A stretch of 63,005 nucleotides of DNA, counting the filler, from Candidatus Eiseniibacteriota bacterium (GTDB taxonomy: Bacteria; Orphanbacterota; Orphanbacteria; Orphanbacterales; Orphanbacteraceae), in the NCBI GenBank assembly GCA_043809585.1. It is 5 parts of 5 records of this genome, joined end to end, with 100 filler letters (N's around TTAATTAATTAA, not from the genome) between each part and the next. Parts side by side here need not be neighbours in the genome. Positions count along the whole stretch, not along the records: positions 55,263 to 60,867 come from JBDROZ010000027.1; positions 60,968 to 63,005 come from JBDROZ010000059.1; 3 more parts are not named here. One strand, written 5' to 3'. The position numbers were made by a program, and so were the translations under genes. This document shows positions 56,301 through 63,005 of this stretch, one piece after another (position 1 is the first letter of the stretch; each line of letters opens with the position of its first letter). Under the pieces are notes generated by a model, which had not been told where the DNA came from, did not search any database, and saw only the letters and a list, made by a program, of their open reading frames with translations.

Positions 56301-57607
56301 TCGTAGTACTCGGCCCCGAGGTGGTGGATCAGCTCCTCGCCCTGCATGTCCCGGAGGGTGTTCTTCAGCTTCATCGACTGGATGAAGAGGTCGTGCTCCG
56401 GGTAGAGCCCCTGAGCGGTCATCGGGCTCTTGAAGTAGAACGAGAGCCACTCCTGGATCCCCTTCCGGCCCGCCCGGGCGCCGAGGTCGAGGAAGAGGGC
56501 GAGATCGAGGACGATGGGCGCCGCGAGAATCGAGTCCCGGCAGAGGAAGTCGACCTTGATCTGCATCGGGTAGCCGAGCCACCCGAAGATGTCGATGTTG
56601 TCCCACCCCTCCTTGTTGTCCCCCCGGGGCGGGTAGTAGTTGATCCGCACCTTGTGGTAGAGGTTCTTGTAGAGCGACGGGTAGAGGTGGGGCTGCAGGA
56701 TCTGCTCGAGCACCGAGAGCTTCGATGCCTCCTTCGTTTTGAACGACTCCGGATCGTCCAACACTTCGCCGTCCCGGTTTCCGAGGATGTTCGTCGAGAA
56801 CCAGCCCGAGACGCCGAGGAGCCGCGCCTTGAAGCCGGGCGCCAGGATCGTCTTCATCAGGGTCTGGCCGGTCTTGAAGTCCTTGCCGGCGATCCCCACG
56901 CCGTGCTCCTTGGCGAGTTCCGCCATCGCCGGGATGTCTACGGTCAGGTTCGGGGCGCCGTTCGCGAAGGGAACGCCGCTCTTGATCGCCGCATAGGCGT
57001 AGACCATGCTCGGCGGGATCCGCGGATCGTGCTTCCGGAGGCCTTCCTCGAAGGCCTTCGCCGAAAGGTGGACGTCCGACGGCTCGATGAAGATCTCCGT
57101 GGAGGCGCACCAAACCATGACCATCCGGTCGAGACCGTGGGTCTTCTTGAAGGCGCCGATATCGTCCATGAGCTGCTCGGCCAGCTCCATCCAGTTCGCG
57201 CCCTTCTTCACGTTCGTTCCCGTGAGCTTCTTGACGTACCGGTTGTCGAAGACCGCCGGCATGGGGACCACCCGCTCGAGGAACGGCTTCACCTGGTCGA
57301 TCAGGGTCCGGTCGAGCACGCCGGCGTTCACGGCGGCGTCGTAGCAGTTGTCCTCGAAGATGTCCCAACCGCCGAAGACGATGTCGTCCAGAGAGGCGAG
57401 GGGGACGAAGTCCTTTACCAGGGGCGAACGGTTGTCCGTCCGCTTCCCGAGACGGATGGTGCCCATCTGGGTCAGTGAACCGATCGGCTCGGCGATCCCC
57501 CGGCGCACCGCCTCCACGCCGGCCACGACGGTGGTCGCGACGGCCCCCATCCCCGGCATGAGGATGCCCAGTTTGCCCTTCGGCTCCGTAATCTTCACTC
57601 GGCTCAT
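56297..57607 (-). CDS. ino1: Myo-inositol-1-phosphate synthase
   Basis: GMGAVATT, GKDFKTGQT, STNILGNRDG, GDNKEGWDNID, CRDSILAAP, SFYFKSP. Confidence 0.96.
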   Translation of the reverse strand: MSRVKITEPKGKLGILMPGMGAVATTVVAGVEAVRRGIAEPIGSLTQMGTIRLGKRTDNRSPLVKDFVPLASLDDIVFGGWDIFEDNCYDAAVNAGVLDRTLIDQVKPFLERVVPMPAVFDNRYVKKLTGTNVKKGANWMELAEQLMDDIGAFKKTHGLDRMVMVWCASTEIFIEPSDVHLSAKAFEEGLRKHDPRIPPSMVYAYAAIKSGVPFANGAPNLTVDIPAMAELAKEHGVGIAGKDFKTGQTLMKTILAPGFKARLLGVSGWFSTNILGNRDGEVLDDPESFKTKEASKLSVLEQILQPHLYPSLYKNLYHKVRINYYPPRGDNKEGWDNIDIFGWLGYPMQIKVDFLCRDSILAAPIVLDLALFLDLGARAGRKGIQEWLSFYFKSPMTAQGLYPEHDLFIQSMKLKNTLRDMQGEELIHHLGAEYYD

Positions 57608-57680
57608 CGTCTCTCCCTTCGTCGCCCCCCGGGGGGCGGATCATCGGCCGCGTTTCCCCCAAGATACCGGAGAAACATCC

Positions 57681-57726
57681 ATAGCCACAGTCAATCTTTT
57701 CGATTGATTCAATAGGAAACATCTAT
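57681..57726. promoter_or_regulatory. LysR-type binding sites (T-N11-A) in the ino1/lysR divergent region
   Basis: ATAG-N7-CTAT (57712-57726) and ATAG-N7-CAAT (57681-57695). Confidence 0.65.
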
Positions 57727-57768
57727 CAGTCTGCCGAAGGGGCCCCGAGCCCCGGAAGGGAAGGCAGC

Positions 57769-58659
57769 ATGGAACTCGCGAACGTCGAGGCTTTTCTCGC
57801 GGTGGTTCGGGAAGGGGGCTTCTCGGCGGCCGCCCGGGCCCTCCACCTCTCCCAACCCTCCGTTTCGGCCCGCATCCGGCGCCTCGAAGAGGGCGTCGGG
57901 GAGCCTCTTTTCGAAAGGGCCGGGAGGGAGGCCCGGCTCACCGCCGCGGGGCGGCACCTTCTCGCGACCTCCGAAGACTTCGCCCGGGCGGCCCGGGACC
58001 TCCGGCGGGTGGCCCGGGATTTCCGCGGACTCCGGCGGGGGAACCTCGACGTGGGGGCGACCGACGTGGCGAGCATCTATGTCCTCCCTTCCGCCTTCCG
58101 CCGATTCACCCGGCGCCACCCGGAGATCGACCTCTCGGTCACGGTGGAAGGTACCGAGCCCCTGCTCGGAGCGCTCCGGGCGGGTCGCATCGAGCTGGCC
58201 GTGGCGAACCTGCCGGTCCCGGGGGAAGACGTCGAAGCGACGGTGGTCGACGAGGACCGGCTCCTCCCCGTCCTCCCGCGGACCCACCTGCTCGCGAACC
58301 GGAAGAGAATCGCTCCCGAGGATCTGGCGGAGACGCCGATGATCACCTTCAAGTCGGATTCGGTGACCCGGAGGGAAGTGGATCGGGCCTTCGCGATACG
58401 GGGGATCGAGCCACGGGTGGCCATGGAGATCTCGAGCCCCGAGGCGATCAAGAAGCTCGTCGAAGTGGGTCTCGGGTTCTCGTTTCTCCCCGCCCGGTCG
58501 GTGAGGGCCGAGATCCGCGCGGGGAGGGTCGCGTCCCCCGCGCTGACCGGCATGCGCCTCGACCGGAAGATCGGGCTCCTCCGCTTGAAGGACCGCTACC
58601 TCTCCCCCGCCGCCGAAGCGTTCGCCTCCCTGATTCGGGAGGGGGGTCATTCCACGTAG
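57769..58659 (+). CDS. LysR family transcriptional regulator
   Basis: FLAVVREGGFSAAARALHLSQPSVSARIRRLEEGVGEPLFER...LTAAG. Confidence 0.96.
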   Translation: MELANVEAFLAVVREGGFSAAARALHLSQPSVSARIRRLEEGVGEPLFERAGREARLTAAGRHLLATSEDFARAARDLRRVARDFRGLRRGNLDVGATDVASIYVLPSAFRRFTRRHPEIDLSVTVEGTEPLLGALRAGRIELAVANLPVPGEDVEATVVDEDRLLPVLPRTHLLANRKRIAPEDLAETPMITFKSDSVTRREVDRAFAIRGIEPRVAMEISSPEAIKKLVEVGLGFSFLPARSVRAEIRAGRVASPALTGMRLDRKIGLLRLKDRYLSPAAEAFASLIREGGHST

Positions 58660-60591
58660 CCGAGAGCCTTCAGTTGCCGCCGGGTTTCCGGGTCGACCCC
58701 GCCCCCCGCTCTCCCCGGAACGCCCCCGGCGAGGGCCCGGGAAGCCGCGATCCCTTCGTCGAGCACCCGGCCCAGCACGGCCGCCGTCTCCCCCTCGGCT
58801 CCGGCGAAGTCGATCCTCTCGCCGGGATCGGCGGCGAGGTCGAATAGGCGGACCGTGTCCCCTGCGGGACGAACCCGCCGGACGAGCTTCCACTTTCCCC
58901 GGCGGATCCCGTAGAGATGGGGGGGCTCTTCGATCAGCGATTCGGAGGGGGAAAGAGCGGATTCGCCTCCGCGGATGGCGACGGCGAAGTCCGTCCCCTG
59001 GGCCGCCTCCGGCCCGTCGATCCCCGATAGACCGCAGAGGGTGGGGTAGAGATCGACCATGTCCACGGAGAGGCGGGACCGCGTGCCCCCACGCTCCCCC
59101 CCCGGCAGCCGGAGGACGAGGGGCATGCCGATCATCTCCTGGTAGAGCGTCCGGCCGTGAAACCACCCGCCGTGATCGCCGAACTCCTCGCCGTGGTCGG
59201 CGAGGAAGAGAATGATCGCCTCGTCGTAGATTCCGAGATCCTTCATGCCGTCGAATAGCCGCCCGAGCCACCGGTCGACCGAGCGGATCTCGCCGTCGTA
59301 GAGGGCGGTCATGATCTCCCGCTCCCGGTCGGTCACCCGCGGCCCCCGTTCGATCTCGTCCCACGTGCACCACCCGACATGTTCGTGATACGGGTCGATT
59401 CGGGGGGGGGGCGCGGTGCCACGCCTCGACCCCGTCCGGGAGGAACCGGAGGGCGTCTTCCCTCGGCGGTTCGTAGGGCGAGTGGGGATCGAGCAGGTGG
59501 AGATAGAGGAAGGGGGGACGGCCTCGCTCTTCGGCCAGCCACTCGAGGGCCCGGGGAATCAGCGTCTCCGGCCCCGGCGAGGAATCGTATCGGACGAGGC
59601 GGATCGCGAGAAGTTCGAGGGCCGTCTTCCTCCCGAAGAAGTTGAAGGGGAAGCGGCGGGGCAGGAAGAGATCGAAGCCCCGGCCGAAGCCCATCTGCGG
59701 GGCCGCCGTCGGGTTGTCGATCATGCCGGCCGTCCGGTAGCCGGCGGCCCGGAACCTCTCGGCGAGAGTCTCCCGGTCCCGGCGGAGCCCGTTTTCCGAA
59801 GAGACCAGGCCGTGCGCGGAAGGGTGGGTCCCGGTGAAGAGGGTCCCGAGAGAAGGAAGGGTGCGGCACCCCCCGGCGCTCGACTCGAGAAACAGGGTCC
59901 CCTCGGCGGCAAGGCGGTCGATGTTCGGGCTCGTCTCCTTCGGGTAGCCGTAGCAGCCGAGATGATCCCGCCGGAGCGTGTCGGAGAGGATGACGATCAC
60001 CGGCGGCCCTTCCGCGGAGGGGACCGCGGGGCCTCCCCGGGAGAGCGGGCCCGCCGAGAGAAGGGCGAGGAGAGCGAGGCCGAGGGGAAGGGCCGCGAAG
60101 GAGAAGAGGGCTCCCCGGCTTCCGAGGCGCGCCTCCGACCGCCGGACGAGGGGGGCGAGCGCCCAGGCGAGAAGCAGGGCGAGACCGAGGGAGAGCGCGA
60201 GGAGCGTCCCGTAGAGAAGGAGGCCCCGAATCGAACGAGCGGCGCCGAGCCCTGTCCACTGGTTGACCCAGAATCCGCCGACGCCGAGAAGGAGAACGAA
60301 GGCGGGGAATCCGGCGGCGAAGCCCCGGGCCCGGCGTCCTCCATTCGAGAGGAGGGCCGGGAGGGCGGCCATGATTCCGAGAAGAGAGCCGAAGAGGCCG
60401 TAGAGGAGGAACGCGTTTCGCCACTCCGCCGGATCCCGCCCGGATCCCCCGGCTTGAAGACCGATCCCCTCGGCGATCGCGGCGGCACCGGCGATCAGGA
60501 GGGCCGGGAGGAGGGAGGCGGCGATCCGCGCCGGGACCCCGGGGTCCCCCCTCTGGAGCGGCCCTCCTCGTTCCGTTCTCCTACGGTTCAC
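58647..60591 (-). pseudogene. Membrane-anchored sulfatase-like (alkaline phosphatase superfamily) gene with +1 frameshift in a C10 tract
   Basis: N-terminal TMs; SDTLRRDHL, TLPS..LFTG, DPHSPY upstream of 59402-59411; YDGEI, ADHGEEF, PL, DLYPT, LKALGYV downstream in another frame. Confidence 0.85.
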
Positions 60592-60724
60592 CGACTCCTC
60601 CCGGGGGGAACTCTCCGGCGCGGCGCCCTTCCCCTCTTCGGCGAACAATGTACCATAGAGGTGCTCCGGGGGGTGCTCCGGCCTCCCGCGAGATTGGCCG
60701 GCGATGGTCCCCGCAAGAACTGGA

Positions 60725-60867
60725 TCAGCCTTGATCCGGCACAAAATCGCGAGTGAAAACGCGCGAGAGTGCGTCAGATGCTGCAGCGCGGAGCATTCAC
60801 CAAGCGGAGCATATCCAACGATATGTGAGCATTGGTGAATGCGAGCACTGCGGCAGATGGCGTGCTA
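60725..60867 (-). mobile_element. Family A element, inverted, truncated by contig end
   Basis: 60763-60867 is the exact reverse complement of 55058-55162; end TCAGCCTTGATCCGGCACAAAATCGCG resembles the family A terminus. Confidence 0.8.
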
Positions 60868-60967
60868 NNNNNNNNNNNNNNNNNNNNNNNNNNNNNNNNN
60901 NNNNNNNNNNNTTAATTAATTAANNNNNNNNNNNNNNNNNNNNNNNNNNNNNNNNNNNNNNNNNNNN
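60868..60967. other. Artificial contig linker
   Basis: N-run-TTAATTAATTAA-N-run. Confidence 0.98.
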
Positions 60968-61783
60968 CGCCCCGCTCCGCCGGAACCGGGTGATCCCGGG
61001 AGCCGCGTCCAGGGCTTGCCGCTCCTCGAGAACCGCCGCCCCCCCAGCGTCGACGACCCGGTGCATCACGTGGTACGGCTCCCCGGCCGGATCGCGCCCC
61101 TCCGTGAGATCGTAGACCTCGTAGTAAAACGAGAGGACGGGCATGAGCGCCCCATAGAGACGGTTCGGCTGCGGGATCACCTCGACGCCCCCCTTCGCAA
61201 ACTCGCTCTCCGAGTCCGCCTCGACGCTCCGGGCGAGCTGGATGTCCGAGATCGACAGATCGTGCGCGCGACACCCCTTCGCCTGGAAATGGCCGACCGC
61301 CCTTCCCCGCTTCGGGCGCCTCCAGAAGAGATGGAAGAAGCCGAAGCCGAGCGTCTTGCGGTCCTCCACTTCAACACGCAGCTCGTACGGGCCTTCCGGG
61401 AGCGGAAAGGAGTGCTGGAGCACCTGCAGATCGTCTTCCCCGTCGGGCGGGCTCATCGGGAGCAGCGCGTCGATCGCCCGAACGAGGATCGTCTCGCCGG
61501 TCGGCCACGCTCGAAAACGGAAGCGCACGCGGATTTCCGCCTCGGAGATCCCGCTCTCCCCGGGCTCGAACCGCAGGTCTTTGTTCGGAATGAGGAGGTA
61601 AACCTCCTCGTGGACTTCTCCGGCGGAGCGGGGAAAGCTGACGGCGTCGACGACGAAGCGGATGTCGCCGGAAGCCCCGGCGGGATCCCCCTCGGAAGCC
61701 GCTTGCAGGAAGGAAGGCAAGACCAGAGCCGCCAGCAAGAGGGCAGGAATCGCGCCGTTTGCGCCCGCGCGCCGCGTTCCCAT
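60968..61783 (-). CDS. Exported protein resembling the N-terminal part of GWxTD-domain proteins (3' truncated; start uncertain)
   Basis: Signal peptide; FVVDAVSF...EVYLLIPNKDLRF, LSISDIQLA, VIPQPNRLYG, FYYEVYDL; the GWxTD motif itself is not visible. Confidence 0.6.
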
Positions 61784-61916
61784 CCCCACGACCGCCCCCC
61801 TCTCCCGCCGCCCGGCCCGGTGAGGCCTCTCACCCGAAACGGTCCCCTTTCGGGCGGCCCGGCTGTGCCGGCCACGCGTCCCGCGGCCGCGGCGTGGCGC
61901 GACCCAACGGCGCCGG

Positions 61917-62891
61917 CTAGTAGCTGAGGATGACACTGACCTGGTGGGTTCCCCCGAGCTCGTTCATGTTCGTGAAGGAGTAGTTCACAACGGCCGCCGC
62001 CGTCGCGGCCGTCGGGAAACCGACACCGAAACCGAGCGTGTAGTCCTGAATGTCCCGATTCGCCATGTACCCGCCCCGGAGAGCCACCGTGAACCTCTCC
62101 AGCGGCGTGTACTCGTACTCCAAGCCGAGATTGGCGCGCTCCTTGTTGTCGCTCGGATGGTTGAACTCGGCCGACGTGATGACGTTGTGCTGCGCCGAGC
62201 GGAACGTGTTCATCGAGGCCCCGAGCTTGAACGTCGTCGGAGGCGAGAACTCCTGGTCGATGAACTTCATCGTCGGGCCGATGTTCACGACGGTCATGCC
62301 GATCGTCACGGTTCGGAAACCGGTGTTGTAAAGAGTCCCGAAGTCGAAGTTCAGCCCCTCGGCGAACTCGTCCTCCAGCCCCTGGTGGATCCACTTGACC
62401 GTTCCGCCGAACGAGAACTTGTCGGTCAGGAAGCGCGCGTAGGACAGCCCGATCGCCATGTCGCCTGCGTCGAACTGCTCGAGCTCCTCCGATCCGGCGA
62501 GGTTTCTCCCGTCCGGGTGGTACTCGGTCGTCCGGATCATCGGGTCCATCTGGAGGACGTTGAGGCTCACCCCCATCACCCCGGGAATTCCCCCGTAGGT
62601 GAACACGTACCCGGCAAACTCGTGGCCGATGTCGGCCGGCCATGTCGAGTGGGAGAAGAAGAAGTGGCTCTGCCCTTCCAGCTTCGCGATCCCCGCCGGG
62701 TTCCAGTAGAGGGCCGACGCGTCGTCGGCGACGGCGACGAACGACTCGCCCATCGCGACTCCCCGGCCCCCCACGCCGATCTTCAGGAACTGAGCGCCGA
62801 TGGTCCCCACCTTCGCGAAGATCTCCGTGCCGTGGGCAACGCCGTGCAGGAGGAGGAGACCAACAAACACGGCTGCGAGTCGGTTCCGCAT
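61917..62891 (-). CDS. PorV/PorQ family outer-membrane beta-barrel (T9SS)
   Basis: AQFLKIGVGGRGVAMGE.FVAVADDASALYWNPAG; amphipathic strands; terminal aromatic residue. Confidence 0.88.
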   Translation of the reverse strand: MRNRLAAVFVGLLLLHGVAHGTEIFAKVGTIGAQFLKIGVGGRGVAMGESFVAVADDASALYWNPAGIAKLEGQSHFFFSHSTWPADIGHEFAGYVFTYGGIPGVMGVSLNVLQMDPMIRTTEYHPDGRNLAGSEELEQFDAGDMAIGLSYARFLTDKFSFGGTVKWIHQGLEDEFAEGLNFDFGTLYNTGFRTVTIGMTVVNIGPTMKFIDQEFSPPTTFKLGASMNTFRSAQHNVITSAEFNHPSDNKERANLGLEYEYTPLERFTVALRGGYMANRDIQDYTLGFGVGFPTAATAAAVVNYSFTNMNELGGTHQVSVILSY

Positions 62892-62957
62892 CAGCAATTG
62901 CTCCTTTCTTCCTTCCTTATGAGCATCGGAACGCATCGTCCGTTTCCCCCTCGACCG

Positions 62958-63005
62958 CTAGCGGATGACGACGAAACGCCCGACCTTCTCGCCGACCGGG
63001 GATTC
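62958..63005 (-). CDS. 3' end of an upstream gene with a T9SS-CTD-like terminus
   Basis: ...ESPVGEKVGRFVVIR*. Confidence 0.55.
   Translation of the reverse strand, partial: ESPVGEKVGRFVVIR

Noticed and set aside
57709-60744. 1011-aa ORF as a single protein
   Set aside because: It is the sulfatase N-terminus running out of frame after the C10 tract and on through the antisense of lysR
35892-60867. Contigs 3 and 4 could close into a ~25 kb circle (105-bp exact overlap of family A ends; complementary family B halves)
   Set aside because: Both joins lie in multicopy repeats and the content is chromosomal (lepB, ino1) with no rep or integrase; repeat-induced assembly breaks explain it
1-63005. 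CRISPR array, cas genes, prophage or transposase genes
   Set aside because: No regularly spaced direct repeats and no such protein motifs seen

Overview
High-GC bacterial DNA. The window is a pseudo-scaffold of five contigs joined by artificial N44-TTAATTAATTAA-N44 linkers, so adjacency across the gaps means nothing. PorV, a GWxTD-type protein and six T9SS/FlgD-Ig C-terminal domains point to an FCB-superphylum organism (Eisenbacteria/Latescibacterota/Krumholzibacteriota-like; inference). Contig 1 carries tRNA(Thr,Tyr,Gly,Thr)-tuf-tRNA(Trp)-secE-nusG-rplKAJL-rpoB', two GT-C/TPR glycosyltransferases, an M28 peptidase, an ECF sigma/anti-sigma pair divergent from a spondin lipoprotein, a TlpA lipoprotein and a frameshifted nitroreductase. 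Contig 2 carries a GT-C protein, tRNA-Arg, trpEGDCFB without trpA, pgsA-like, recN, nadK, ispA and xseBA'. Contig 3 carries a GIY-YIG protein, O-antigen ligase, GT4, HDAC-family protein, several T9SS cargo proteins and lepB. Contig 4 carries HDIG, ino1, LysR and a frameshifted sulfatase-like gene. Contig 5 carries a GWxTD-type gene and porV. Top leads: (1) a ~1 kb non-coding, hairpin-dense transcription unit (23.68-24.70 kb) with a near-consensus sigma70 promoter and a terminator beside tRNA-Arg, a candidate large structured ncRNA; (2) a 42-aa orphan peptide with a lasso/RRE-type leader and its own promoter, RBS and terminator (45344-45472); (3) two families of ~180-200 bp palindromic elements that conserve structure rather than terminal sequence; (4) an unannotated 40-aa Cys/Trp-rich lipoprotein.
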